From assembly GCA_008632985.1 (NCBI GenBank), contig QPGO01000040.1:377719-441718 (forward strand): 64,000 nt of DNA, read 5' to 3'. Shown piece after piece: positions 34,301 through 47,491 of the stretch. This DNA comes from Psammoneis japonica. Taxonomy: Eukaryota. Under the pieces are notes generated by a model, which did not search any database, was not told the origin of the DNA, and was given only the letters and a program-made list of their open reading frames with translations. Numbering within the stretch: the first letter of the stretch is position 1; each line of letters begins with the position of its first letter. Both the position numbers and the translations under genes were made by a program.

Positions 34301-36990
34301 AAGTCTCCGGCCAATTGTTTCTCCAAGAAACAAGCCACAGTCAAGACTGCAATGCATGGATCTGAGTTTGTTGCACAGCTGCTTCCACATCATTGCTGCA
34401 TGTTCTGAGTTGCAGTTTCACAGATGACAGATGGGCTGATTGGGTGGGGCCGGTGGGTGCACGGGTTGGTTCTCAGCCCTTTCATCTGCCTGCAGAACTT
34501 GCGTGGCCTTGTGGTGCAACCCAAATCTCTGTAAATTCAGCACATTTTGCCCTGCAGAACAATTTGGGGGAGTGTTTTGGCTTGTGGCTCTCTCAAAATG
34601 ACACGCATGATGACACAGACAACAGCATTTCACCAATTTCAAAAACATGGTCATCTCTGAGGCACTTTGTTGTGCACTCTCAATGGAATGTCACATGTCA
34701 CAGCATGGGATGACAGGTTCATGTGGGCAGCTGATGTGGTGAAAAATCTTGTTGAAGATCTGTGCTGACAATGTCACCACCACTGTCTGTTGATGAGCCT
34801 TGCGTGCCACCACCATTCATGCTGTGTGATTCATTGTGGCTTGTCATGGCTGCTTTGATCCCACTTGCATGTTGTCTTTCTGTTTTGCTCTTTTGTTCTG
34901 CACAAGAGTCTCCATTTTGTTGTGGGGTGTCCCTGAGATGGACTCAATGGGCAAGAGTGTTGCCTCTGCATTGCAATGGCTGTGGCAATCCAACAAAAAG
35001 GCTGAGCCACAGACACAGCATCAGGAAGAGTCAACAACAAATGTGCTGACTTGGAGCTGTGGCATCTGAAGCTGAACAAGCTCTCTCAAGAGCTCCAGTC
35101 AGTCACCACACATTTTTGGCTGGAGCTTGCCCTGCCTCCACAATGCTCTGATGCTGAGTTTCATTTGGCAGACAAATGCATCATGGTGGTTCTGAAGTTG
35201 TGGATTGTCTTTTTTGGCTGCAAGGCAATTTACAACCCAGCAGAAATCTGTGAATTGTTTTGCATCATTTGTTGGCCACTGCTGCAATGTCAGGAATTGT
35301 GGAGTGCTTGATTGACAATCCACTGCACTCCCAGCTTTTGGACTGCAAAAAAGCAACCACACTGACCTTGTTCTGCCATGAAGGAAACTGATGAGTTGTT
35401 CTTGGCTCACCTGTGTTCAAGAACCCAACTGAACGACCTGTTGGACAGCCACACCTGAGTGCAAGCTGCATTTCTTGATTTTCAGTGGATCTTGCATTTT
35501 GCATGCCTTCTGTCATTCAATGCCAGCTGGATTGTCATGCTTTCTGCTTTCCATGGTGTGTGGCAGAAATGCACATGGGAGGCTCTGGATGGTTTCTGCC
35601 CAAAAAGTGCACAGCATCATGTGATCACCAAACCACCAGCAAATTTGAGACCCTGCTGTGATCACTTGATCAATCTTGATCTCCTGCTCCACCACTTCCA
35701 CTCCTGTGGGAGGTGCCTGCTGAGTTTGATGGAGGCAGTGGAAAGATCACATTTGAACAACTGTGGGGCCAATGAATTTCTCTTTGTCTTGGTTGACAAA
35801 CTCAGCTGCCCATTTGGCTTGTGATGCCATCCTCTTTTGGTTTTTGAGTTGGTCAAAGAAAGAAAAATGATGAATCATGTTCTCTCTCACCCAGTGCTGG
35901 CACTCTGCAGATTTTTCTTTTTTGGTGCGCAAATCTGGGAAAGCCAGCATTGCCAAAGAACAAAGTCTGGGTGTGTGACCGGTGCTCCACCTGCTGCCCC
36001 TTGGAGCCAACTTGTGACTTAAAAAACCCGGGTGTGGCTGGTGCAGAGCAGGAGAAAAGGCACACTCAAGCCAGCAGTCTGCAGCCTCTTCGTTTTAACC
36101 CTGTGCAGGCCCCCACAGCTTTGACTGTGATTTTGCTGGAAGAAGCAAGTTCGCAGCACAAACAGCCACAGCTTTGATGACCCCATGATGGCAATCATTG
36201 GCAGAGTTCTTCTCTGGGTGGGGTGTTTTCGTCACAGGCTCAGGGAGTGTCCAATGACAAGCTTTTGTGAGCCTGCATGCCATGGTGGGCAGTGTGCTGG
36301 AAAGACACATGGCAGCAGCTGCGGCCATGTCACAGCAAAAACTGACTGCAGCAACGGCAAGGCACGCTGCTGGCCAGCGCTGGTGGCTTCTATTTTCTCA
36401 AATGCCCCCAGGAAAAAAGAGGCAAACATCTGCTCATGCTGGGCCAGGTGCATCATGCAAAACAAATTTTGGCTGGCTGCGCCAGCAGCCCATTTTCCAA
36501 ATGGTTGTTTTGCCTGCATTGTCTGCACAGCATGGCCAAGAAGACACTGCCCACTTGCAGCAAGTCACCAGCAAGCCTCAATTGCCAGCATTGCTTGTGA
36601 AAAATCTGCACCTGGCAAGTTCTGCAGCTTGGACTTAACCTGGTGCAGCTGTCTTGGAAATGCACCATTGCCCTTTGTTGGCTGGCAGCACACCGGGCTC
36701 CCTCGCATGCGGCAAAGTGTGCGCACCAACTGGTGGTGCAGTGTTGGTGTTGTCATTGCACCATTGGCCAAGATGTGTTCATTGGACTTGCTCAAATGAA
36801 AAAAGAAAATGAGTTGCTCCCTTTTGTCCATTGGCTTTGTGATTGACCGGGCGACCTTTGACCCCATCAAGTCTGCTGGCTTGTTGTGACACACGTTGAG
36901 AGGGCAGGTGATGCTGGCACTGGTGGAGCATGGCCATTGGGGCCAGCTCCTCAAGGATCTTGTGCTGGATCCTCTCCGGGGGCTCCTGTT
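31315..36990. other. TpA- and CpG-depleted hypermutated island 2 (nested TE relics)
   Basis: TA nearly absent, CG scarce, TG/CA dominant; dense spurious Cys/His/Gln-rich ORFs in all frames. Confidence 0.92.
34025..34380 (+). mobile_element. Ty1/copia (CoDi-like) LTR retrotransposon RT-end/RNase H fragment
   Basis: DAAHCMLTGHSVAGIIHFLNKSPANCFSKKQATVKTAMHGSEFVA matches copia RNase H D.AH...TGRSVTG....N.TPI.W.SKKQ.TVETATYGSEFVA. Confidence 0.85.
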
Positions 36991-37340
36991 GTACACTGCT
37001 TTGCAGGAGTCGTCGCAACGTCTGTTGTCACAGATCGGGGCGGGCAGCGGGCAATGGGAAGCGAGGAACTTGGTGCAGTAGTCGCAAAAACGGCAGTTTG
37101 TCTGAAGACCCACTGAACACAGTTGTACATAAGCCTTAGAAATTAACGGGAATGAATTGAAAATGTCACAGATCCAAATTGTTCTTATTGATTGATAGTA
37201 ATGGGCCGTTGGGTCCTGTGCAATTCGCCACCAGAATTTTTTCTCTGCAGGGGTGAACTCACACAATCAGGCAAGTGCCGGTTCAACGGTTGGGCAACGA
37301 CCGAGTGTGAACTGTGATAAGTCACCACCTTCGCCGGCTG

Positions 37341-40300
37341 ATGCTGTTGATGGAGAAGCAGGATACCATGAGATGCAAACTTAGAGAATGTATGTGTGGA
37401 AGAGGCGAGAAATGTAGAGGTGTTACCAGCGCTTTCTTCTTATTGAAGGACCCTCGGTCAGGCTACACGATGCTCTCAAAAGAAGACTCCAAAAAGAATG
37501 AGCCTCGGTCGCACCTCATAAATGAGTCCAATCGATGGCGTGAATACTGCATGTTACAACACGGCGGAAAAGCAGTACCCGGTGGCTCTTCGAAAAGAAG
37601 GTATATTGCCAATCACCATTTCCACCCAGCGATTGTCAAGGAATTCGTCAACACGGAAATACCTTTGATTTTGTCTTTCGATCGGCTAGAACAATTGGGC
37701 CTCGATATTAACTATGCATATCAAGTCTTGATTGACAGCAAAGCTGTATGTACGGATGCTTGCTTTGTCGTGCCCGACTATTCATTTGACAACGTTGTGG
37801 AAGATCTGAAAACGGAGCTGACGGCTTCAATGACAGCGCGAGACATGACAGATTCAAGCCTTGCATCCATTGCTAGCGAATCTATTGACCATTCCTTGCC
37901 TGCATCTCAGACGAATGCATTCGAGAAAGATAGTCACAGAAGTGTCTTTGGTAGCACCTCACTGACAGAGAAAGAGAAGCTTGCGGAGATACCCCCCACG
38001 TCACCCTCGACGACAACGACATTCCCCTCTTCTCCTGATTATTCGCCATCTAGCTCTCAGAACAATCCCGGCCACTTCCACGAAGAGAAAGAGGAGGAGG
38101 AAGTGGCGAGGAGCACTACTCGAACATGGGCTTCAGGCATCGATGATATCAATGAAGATTTGAGCCAATCCAACGAACGTCAAAACACTGAATCACCCAA
38201 TTCCGACAAACCCGATCGCTATTTTGTGGCCGATGAAATGGTGGTTGACCGACGACTTTATGAGGAGGATAGTAGTGTTGAAAGTGAGCAAGAGGACGAT
38301 TCAGATTTCTTGCCAATAATACTTGGGCCATCTTCTACAGACACAGGTCGTCTCTCGCCGGTGTTGGAGGAAAGCTTGGGCGAATCCAGTTCACTTGACG
38401 AGTCTGATGTTGCTGGAGAGACAGCGAGAAACAAGAAGCAACTCGTCAGAGAATTTTTTCATAACGAGCGTTTCCACTCATCCACAACCGACAGGTGGGA
38501 AGAGTCGAAATTCAAAATCGATTCTAGACTGGATGATTCAGCACAAGAGACGACAGAAGCGAATATTCAAGTCCATTTTGGAATAAGAGTGCCTGCAATG
38601 ATGCTGATATACCAACAAAAACGCCAGAGATGTCTTCACTGTCTTTTTCGACCTTGAAAGATGGAACCGAAGATATAGGGCAGGCAATGAAACGGCAAGA
38701 TGGCGAATTCGAAGATCCATTAGGAATCTTCGCGTCCATTTTTCCCGAGCCCACGCTCATCCCCTCGGCATCAAAAAATATGACACTGGAAGAAGCATCT
38801 AGCTTGGATCCTGTCGGTGTGGGGAGCTCACATCCCGAGAAAGCTGACGACAATCCCAATTCAAACTCAGAACTTACGATTGAATCGTTGTCGGCATTTT
38901 TGAATCCTCCTTCCACGGATCCAATGTCAGCGGCTCGAACCCATAGAGATACATCACTGTCAGATGCTTGCTCTGGCGAAGGAAGCAATGAAAATGCTCT
39001 CGAAAGCACGTTCCCGAACTTAGAAAGCAACTACATTCCAAAGGGCAACGCGAGCTGCAACAAAAGCATCGATTCTCCTGACACCATCCTCTCGAAATCA
39101 TATTTTTCCACAACTGCAGATGAAGACTCCACACCTAGCGAAGATCAAACTGAGGAAAAGGAGAACAGCTATGAGTCAAACGTTGAGAGATCAACAGAGC
39201 TGATGAAAAACGTCTCTGCTATTACGAATGGAGATTCGAACACGAAAGAAGATGCGTCCTTACAATCTGATGGGATGGGCTCACTGTCATCGGCGCAGAA
39301 ATCTTGTCTCGTTCGTTTTGAGGACGTGCACGAACATGAATCCTATGACATGCTATTATCGTTTGAGTCAAAGCGAAGGAATTCTTTCTACTTTAAAAAG
39401 AAGGCGTGCTCGTTAAGCTTGCGTTCTTCTATAGATCTTCTGCGGTCAGGGATTACGGAAATTGAATGGATTCATCGCTTTATTGGTGGGTGCGCCAACA
39501 GGAACCAAGCGTACGCTGATACTCTGCAAGCGGTTCTCAGAGATGTCAATGCAATCGATAATGGGTCTACTGATAACGATGGTGATGAACTTTCGGTGGG
39601 TGTCCTCAAATCTGTGGTTGAGTCGCAGCCGATGATTGTGGAGGCCTTTTCAAAGAATTCTGAGGAAGTGAACTCAGAAATATTAGAAAGTCTAGCAGAA
39701 CTGCGTGGTGGACTGCTATTGCTAGTCAACGGTATCGAGAGGTTCGTCGAAAGGCTTCTTTCAGAGCTGGAAACTTCGAAGGCACTTGTTTCTGACGCAT
39801 GGGGTGAGTGGCTTCTTGCATAGTACGTTGTAATCGAGGATGCCAGCTCAATCTTTTCGTTTTTTAGATGCATACGATATGAAAGCGGTGAATACCAGCT
39901 GTGAAAGCACAGCCAATAACACAGAGTCATCGGAAAATTCATCTCTTCCGTCCAGTGCAAGTATGTTGGAGGACCCGCAGGTGCAACGGGGGCATCCTGC
40001 TTTGTCACCTCCACTGGTGGTCTTCGCAAACTCAAACTCAAAATCAGGTTCCGAGCAAACGGAGCAAGTGACAGCCATGGATGATGCTTGGTTGCTAGAG
40101 ACATCCTATCGAGTCATGGTGTCAAGTCAATCTTTGGCCTGGCAAAATGTTTCTACGGCTGTGTCAGGTGTTCTGGATGCTGTTGTGAATGCCGAGTATG
40201 GTCGACGCTCTAGAGTTCAAGAGTTGATTTTGATGTTTACCAAAGGTCAGGAGGCGCTTTTTTCTAGGCTCGAGACAACACAAGCTGAACTTCTGGATGA

Positions 40301-42691
40301 ACTTGTCCATTGTCAAATAGCAAGTCACAGTGTTCTAAGGGATGTCGACCATTTCTCACGTCGACGTTCGGAATCGTCATCATCGTCGGTATCTTCAGAT
40401 GAGATCGAGAGCAGCAAAGCAGACCAAAGCGAGCTCTTGGATTCTCCTCTTGTTAGCGAACTCTTTGGGTCCTGTAACATAGTCCTGTGGCGTAGACCAC
40501 GGACGTCATGGTTGAAGGCTATTGCCATTGTGACTGCTGTAAGTGGTTGATCGCTACATTCGTTGTTCGGGTTATGTTACACGATCTGACCACTTTGTTT
40601 TTGTGTTTCAAGGATGGGTTTATGCATGTATTCAACATCACCGGTAACTCCAAAAACGTGTCTACGCCAGAGGATGCACTTGCGGAATTGATGCCTGAAC
40701 TTCAGCGGTCGTCGATTGAGCACAGACAAATGAATATTACAGACAAGATTTTGAAAGATTTGGTTCCAGCAGTTTCGCTCTATTTGCCAAGCTGTGCCGT
40801 TTCACCCATCAACGGTTCGGCAGATGAGGTCGAAATGGTAGAATGCCGTCCTGGATCTTGCGGGGGCGTAGAAACTCAAAGCTTAATCCTACGGAGCAAA
40901 CCTTTGGAGACCGCTGATACATCAACGCCAACAACCAAGATTGGCAGCTCGAACGCCGCCTTAATACCAGGACACAAAGACGACAAGGTCAAGTTTAAGC
41001 CATTATTGGTGCCACTGGACGGGACAGGCTCTATGACCTCACCAGCGACAGCTCAGAAAGAAGAATTCTTGAAGCTGTGCTCCTTCGAATCTGATCGTCA
41101 GACCACAAACGAATCCCTTTTCATGACTTTGTCCTTGAGATGGCAGTCTTGCCTTGAAATCCTTGATGTCGGTTCCAAGGAAATGTCTAGAGCTGAGCTG
41201 GTTATGCTTGGAACGGCGATTGCAAATCAGAAATATTCTGACACATTGAATGACCCGTGCGAAGGATTTCCACTAGCAAACCTAGTGATAGTGAGGGTAC
41301 CACTGAAAACGAGACAAGCAGCCCTTCCATCATGGAATCATTAGCCACATCTCAAACCTTTCAAGCTGAGTATTGTGCCGAAAATGTAAAGACGGTGTCA
41401 AAAGAGATTGTGATCGAAACCGCCAATTTCCGGAAAACGATTCAGAGGATAGCTGCAGACGTGAGAGCTTCTGGCGAAGCAATTATGGAAGAGCTCAATT
41501 CAACGAGAAGATTCGTGGGCGAAACATGGGGTAAGAACAAACATGCCTTTGGTCAGACTTAAAACTTATTTGTGTCTCATACTGTTCTTTCACGTTAATA
41601 CAAAATCAGACGCGTATCATGAACTGGTTCTTTCTGACACCGCTGGTGAGGAAAAGCCCGTGATGCCAAGCAGCAATGGCAATCCCGAAAGTGAAACAGA
41701 ATCATTGACCTACTCAGAATCTTCAGGATCGGGCAGTGACTCCGTCAAGGTACCACATTCTGTCAGGGCTGTTCTCGAACAAAGGGGTGTCAACGATCGT
41801 TGGTTGCTAGAAACACACTACCGTGTTGCCGTGGCCTACCAGTCAATCCTATGGAAAAACCTACCAAACGAGATGCCTCAGATATTTCAAGCGGCGATCA
41901 ATACCGAGCAAACCCGCCGTACCAAATTACACGAACTTCTGCTCGATTTTGTGCCGCAACAAAAGAAAATGTTTTCGAAGCTTGCCTTGGCTCAAGCAAA
42001 TGTTCAGAAACAACTGGCGAACCGAAAGGTGGGACATGAAATCATGAAAGATCTCGAGAACATCATGCAGGCCGCTTTGACAGAAACTTGTTCATCAGAA
42101 GGCTTAGAAGCCGAGGCTGTCGCGAAGGAATTGAATATTGGAAGAGAGAATTCACAAGAAACGGCATTAGCGTCGCCCGTTCATAGCGCATTGGCTCGCT
42201 CGGCCACAATTGTCCAGGTCAAGTCCGTCTTGGAAACCACGCATGCTGATACTACTCAAGATGACAACTGGCACATCGCCATGGCGGTGCTTACGAATGA
42301 CTTCGTTCATTTGTTTGACTTGCCGTCTTCATCATCAATGGCTCGTCCCAGTGCTGTATTTCTAGGATTAGTCCCAAAGATTGACGTGCCAACGCTGGAT
42401 GGCATCATGAAAGAAGGCGAAGATACGCCTTCCGCACAAAAAGACATGCCCAATATCCCTGGGCCATCAGAGTCTTTCTATCTTCCAAACTGCTACTGTT
42501 GTACCACAAACCTGGATAGGGACTCCGAAGGTCGCGATGTTGTTATCGAGCTGGTTGAGGAGGGGGCGAACTGGCATAGTCCAATGAGAAAGCTGTGGCT
42601 GCGAACGAAAGCTCCACAAGATATGGATTCGTGGGTCGCTAGCTTTCGAGATCATATATCCCCAACCACTGCAAAGTTAGAGTTAGTTTAA
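37341..42691 (+). CDS. Large protein with acidic low-complexity region and two tandem coiled-coil (BAR-like) + PH-like modules
   Basis: Consecutive + ORFs joined by introns 39804-39867, 40539-40612, 41531-41609 and apparent frameshifts (~38600, ~41260); repeated DxWLLETxYRV and A(I/V)xTxDxFxHxF motifs. Confidence 0.65.
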
Positions 42692-42787
42692 CGAAAAAGG
42701 GAACGCATAATTCATACATAAAATAATACATAAACTATGCTACGGTAGCCAGTTCGATAGTAATCGGGTCAGATTCGTGTGACCCAT

Positions 42788-44377
42788 TTACAACCCTTGA
42801 AGTTCTTCGCTCGTTTCAAAGACTGGTCGAAAAGACGTCTTGACTTGGCCAAACATTTCCGTGCCACTTTCTCGCTGCTCCCCATTGCTGTCAATCGTCA
42901 CAAGCGACACAGAACACTTGAGATCCCTCAAGGCCGCAAAGGCCTCGTCGACACTCCCTTGATGTCGTCCAGCGCCTCTCAAAACGTCTTCTGCTCCCGC
43001 CTCCAATAGCGCTTGTGGTACAGCATCATTCTCCAGTTGCCGACTTGCCAAGTTCCGAATAGCCAAGGACCCTTGTCGCTGAATCGGTACATGATTGGGA
43101 AACTGCTTCATGGCTGTCACGATTCGCAAATGCCCATCATGATTCAACACAATAACTTGTGCATTCTTTGGTTTTCGTAACGCCATGGCGGCAAACAAGG
43201 CGCATCCATGCTCTTGCACGGACGTGCTTGGAAGGTGTTGCTTCATGTGACTGCAAACCATTTCAACAGTCTTGTCGTTGCTGCAGAGAGTCGTCTTGAT
43301 TTCGTCGTTTGCAGACAAGTTCCGAAGCAATCCCAGAGTAGCCCCGACGACTCCGACTTGGTCTTGTTGTTGCAAGACGTCTTGCGCCATTTCAAGCAGT
43401 CCCAGAGCCACCATAGTTTGCACGATCTGATCTTGAATTGCCAGCACCCGCAAGGCTCCCAAACAAGCCTCGACAAGAGTAGCATTGTCTCGATCCCCGT
43501 GTTTCAGCAAGTCCACCAAAAGCGGTATGGCTCCACCACCGGCCAAAACGAGAACATTATCATGCGCTGAACTTGTAGTTGGAGCGCTCGTGGAACTCTC
43601 ACGAAAGTCGTCGTACTTGCACACCACCGTCAAGAGCCGGCACGATTCCGTCCAGTACACAACGTCGTCTCTGTCGTCGTCGTGAATTTCCAACCCCTTG
43701 AGCAGATGCTGTACAGCCGGCTTTCGTCTTATAAACTGAATCTTGTTGGATTCACAGTTCTTACAGACTATACAAGCCAACTGCAATAAATGGAGTCGAA
43801 CGTTGCTATTCTCATCAAACTCGGTAGTAAAGAGTTTCGTCCATCGATCCCAAGCTCCCCGAAACAAATCACGCAATTCCACAGACTGCTGGCAGACGGT
43901 CATAAGCGTCAACAGCGTTGCGTCCAGTACATTTACCAATGGATTTTCTTGAGCGTCGACGACTCCCATCAACGACATGAATGTGTACATGGCTTCGTGC
44001 TGATGAATTAGAGTCATGAATCGATGCTGTTTCTGTGGAGCGCTCAGGGTTTCTCGTATTTTTTCCAGAGTCTTTGTAAGCTCGATAGCCTTCTGTTCAT
44101 CCAACACTCGGACGGTCCCATCCGTATCAATACAGTCATCTAAGCACTTTAGACATCCGAGAAAGTCAGCTTGTTGCCTTCGTTCGTCCTTGCCCTCGAC
44201 CGTGTCGGGATGCAACAGGCAGAGGTGCGTCAAACTCTGTTGTTGTTTCCTGAATTGATCAATCGTTTCCTTCAGCGCCTCGTCTGGTTCTAATTCAAAA
44301 ACCTCCTCATTTTCAAGAAGTGTCTCATCGAATAGCTCTTGTGAAATCAGGAGGGGTTTAGCAGTCGGTGTCGTCAT
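42788..44377 (-). CDS. ARMC6: Armadillo repeat-containing protein 6-like
   Basis: ISQELFDETLLENEEVFELEPDEALKETIDQF N-terminus, ARM repeats, AIRNLASR, AFAALRDL. Confidence 0.85.
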   Translation of the reverse strand: MTTPTAKPLLISQELFDETLLENEEVFELEPDEALKETIDQFRKQQQSLTHLCLLHPDTVEGKDERRQQADFLGCLKCLDDCIDTDGTVRVLDEQKAIELTKTLEKIRETLSAPQKQHRFMTLIHQHEAMYTFMSLMGVVDAQENPLVNVLDATLLTLMTVCQQSVELRDLFRGAWDRWTKLFTTEFDENSNVRLHLLQLACIVCKNCESNKIQFIRRKPAVQHLLKGLEIHDDDRDDVVYWTESCRLLTVVCKYDDFRESSTSAPTTSSAHDNVLVLAGGGAIPLLVDLLKHGDRDNATLVEACLGALRVLAIQDQIVQTMVALGLLEMAQDVLQQQDQVGVVGATLGLLRNLSANDEIKTTLCSNDKTVEMVCSHMKQHLPSTSVQEHGCALFAAMALRKPKNAQVIVLNHDGHLRIVTAMKQFPNHVPIQRQGSLAIRNLASRQLENDAVPQALLEAGAEDVLRGAGRHQGSVDEAFAALRDLKCSVSLVTIDSNGEQRESGTEMFGQVKTSFRPVFETSEELQGL

Positions 44378-44894
44378 GGTGAGATTTGGCGAAGTATAGC
44401 GGAAAGCAACGCCGAATGCCGCAGATTTTTGATTTCCCTCACGGAGCTCGAGCGCGCGACAAGATCGCGGAGGCTGTTCTGTCTGGAGGCGTCTGTCCTC
44501 TCCCGCCCGAGCGGCGTTGTTGGCAAAAAACGCAAATGTCATACTGGAAATTCAGTGTGTAGGACATTTTCGTCGCCTGCACGTGGTCTCGCGCGGTGCC
44601 GAAACGCGACTGGCCGCACGTCACAACCTGTCTCTTTCTTCCAGCGAGTTCTCGTTGTGGTCCTGTCTGCTAAAGGTAAGGTTACCCCGCACGATGCAGA
44701 CCTAGCTAGCTAGAGAGTCTCTCTCTACTACGAGAGTAGGGCCCTACCTCTTAGAGAGTAGCTACTAGAGTAATCGTAGTTCCCAAGAAACGGCTCTCAA
44801 CTGTCTTCTTTGGTTCATTTCACGCAAAGAGTTTTTTAAACTAGCGTAGTGTAGATATCGCATAACTTAGCTTTTAGTTTATGTTTACCCCCCT

Positions 44895-45980
44895 CTACTT
44901 TGGCTTTTGCTTTGTATCTTCCACACCATCAAACGCCGCGAGATAGGCAATGGACGAGTGCCATTGATCTCTACGAAGCCGAGGTCGTCTTGCACGTGTT
45001 GTCAGGTGCTCTTGATCATCGCCCTTCTTTTTCTGGGCGGCTCCTCCCTTTGGTGGTACAGTCGCGCTCTTTGTTGTTGGTTCGGTTACGGTTGTGTCGT
45101 CATTTTCTGACTCGTCATCATCATCGAAATCTTTATACTTTACTTCTTTGTGACGACGACGTTCGTGACGATGGCGCCTCTCCTTATGAACGGATCCTCC
45201 CACCGATTCCATACTCTTATTATCTTCCGGTATTGGGGGAGAGTCCGTTGTGATGAGATTGATATTGACTCGATTCAATACAGAACTCATCTTGGCCAAT
45301 TTCTGTTCCAGTGCGGCTCGTGACATTGTCTTATCCATGCATTCATACATTTCCAGAGAGACCATAACCTCGTCCATGTTGCTGATTTCTATTACTGGAG
45401 CGTATTCGTCGTGCCTGGGTGTCAACAGATCCCAACCATCATCGTGATAATCTACATGTTCGCTGTAGGACGAAGCTTTGCTGCGCTTGCGGACCTCAAC
45501 TGTTTTTGGCTTGTCGTGTGGCTCCTCTTCTGCGTGCTCTTTTTTCTTTCTAGCAGGTTTTTCTTTCTCTTGATTTGGAAGTTCCCAGTGAAAAATGTTT
45601 TCAAGAAAATCCTCCAAAACAGTGCTTGCCCCTTGTGAACTACAAGCGCTCACTTCATCATCCCGACAACTAGGCGGGATCACAACAACTTTTGGTACCG
45701 CGTCTCCTCTCGTATCTTTGTTCAAGAAGCGACTACTGTGGTTTCCAGTCAGTGGCTCTCGAACTTTGACTTTGTAAAGCACTGCTCCACTAGCTCTTTT
45801 GCTGGCCGCGAGAATCATTTTACACGACTTTGCCCAGATAAACAGAGCCAGAGTACACGATTGAACATCGCGTACCATGGGTGCCATGAGGGAGTGCTTA
45901 CACCATCTTTTCATTTCTCGTGCCATAACGGGACCAATTCGTTCGCACGAAGCGAGTAACTCTGGTATTGTGGCCACCAT
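44895..45980 (-). CDS. Hypothetical charged protein (may have upstream exons)
   Basis: 361-aa ORF, Lys/Glu/Asp-rich, no recognisable domain. Confidence 0.55.
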   Translation of the reverse strand: MVATIPELLASCERIGPVMAREMKRWCKHSLMAPMVRDVQSCTLALFIWAKSCKMILAASKRASGAVLYKVKVREPLTGNHSSRFLNKDTRGDAVPKVVVIPPSCRDDEVSACSSQGASTVLEDFLENIFHWELPNQEKEKPARKKKEHAEEEPHDKPKTVEVRKRSKASSYSEHVDYHDDGWDLLTPRHDEYAPVIEISNMDEVMVSLEMYECMDKTMSRAALEQKLAKMSSVLNRVNINLITTDSPPIPEDNKSMESVGGSVHKERRHRHERRRHKEVKYKDFDDDDESENDDTTVTEPTTKSATVPPKGGAAQKKKGDDQEHLTTRARRPRLRRDQWHSSIAYLAAFDGVEDTKQKPK

Positions 45981-47491
45981 AAATTCATTCTCAAGAAACT
46001 CCGCTTGCCATGGTCTTAATATTCGTCTAGTGGGTACTGCTGATCGCTTGGTCCTATTGCGATATTCTCATCGTCTTCCTCTTGTTGTCGACCACAGGTA
46101 CATACGACATATCGAGGTAAAAAGAGATTCACATCCTGTGGTTTGAGTGCACGGAGTGACTTTTGACAAAAGCATGTTGTCTCCTGCTGTTGCTCCTGTT
46201 CGTGGTTTGCTCTCTCACGACCTGCTTGTCGAGATTTAGACTTGTGCTTTCGTTGTTTCTCTCGTCTTGCTCTGTCATCGTCTTTATGATGCTCCCTATC
46301 GTCTTTCGATGTTCAGTTTTGTGTTTTCGTTCCTTGTCACGTTTTGGTTTTGATGCCGCTGCTTTGTCCTTTGAATCACGTTTGTTGTTTTTGTCCTTTC
46401 TCTGCTCTCCTTTTTTGTTTTTGAACCCTCATGATGCGACGGCTTTTTTCGCCTCTCTTTCTCAGCTATTGGCTTGTCGCTTTCTCGTTCGCCTCCCATT
46501 CGTTCTGGATTGTCATTCATTAGCGCATACATGGTTGCATTGCATACAAAGGATCATGCAGTGCTCCTGCCTCCTGCTGTCAGTCGTTTGTTAGCAACGA
46601 ACTTTTTTTCTGGCACAACGGAAGTCTGGCACACAAAATGTCTCGTGGAAGTAACCAGGGCACTTATGATGGGCAGTAGTCATTTTCATCTTACTGAAAA
46701 AATTAGGCTTTTTTGGACATTCGGAAAAACTATGGGCAATGTTATATGACCTCTTGTAAGATCATTGGTTATTGCCGGGCATAATGTCATTGACAACCAG
46801 CGTAGCGGTACTGTCGACGGTACTGCGTGCAACGTACAGTTGGTAGTGACATCTTTTTCTTGTGGTAATGACTGCGTTGAGTCATTGGTCATCGAGCTCT
46901 TGAAGCATGAAATTAGAGATAGAATGGTGATTGAAAAAGGCCTTCTTGATGAGATAGTAGCGGCATTTCCAATGCGATGCCCGTGTTAAACAAAAGGTGT
47001 GAGCAATGCCGGGATATTCGAATGAAGTCCATCTTTGTCTATTCTAAAGAATTTCTTGCGGACTTGCCAAGTATCTTCGTCGCATTAGTTTCTGTGATGC
47101 TCTGTTGGGAAGAGATCGCCAGCTCAGTACCGCGTCTCTACTAGAGAGAGCTACTAGTAGAGAGGGGCGGGCAAGACGTGACATTGGATGCTGGATGCAT
47201 GGTGCAGACGGGCTGGTTTTCGAAACCAAATATCTCAATCAATCAATCAACACAACGATTACTAGTTAGTGCTAGTGCACCTTAAAGGTTGCAGATTCAA
47301 ATCTAGTTCCATAGCCGTCAACACACATTATCAGAATCTAGCTCCAGGACACAGCTACTAGCTATAGTGAATACAAGCAAAAAGGAATTGGGGACTGCAG
47401 CAATGGGTTATCCATCCTGTCCTCTCTCCTCTAATGGTGTGTAAGTGCATTATACAAGGTTGGATCTTTCGTCGATGGAGGGCAACGCGAT

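Noticed and set aside
34700..36000. Assignment of the minus-strand relic ORF pieces to a specific TE superfamily
   Set aside because: Looks like decayed coding sequence but I could not identify a diagnostic motif.
31311..36850. Dozens of overlapping Cys/His/Gln/Trp-rich ORFs in all six frames (also 7.4-11.9 and 56-59.4 kb)
   Set aside because: By-product of TA loss: TAA and TAG stops vanish and Tyr becomes Cys or His, so random frames stay open. Not real genes or metal-binding proteins.
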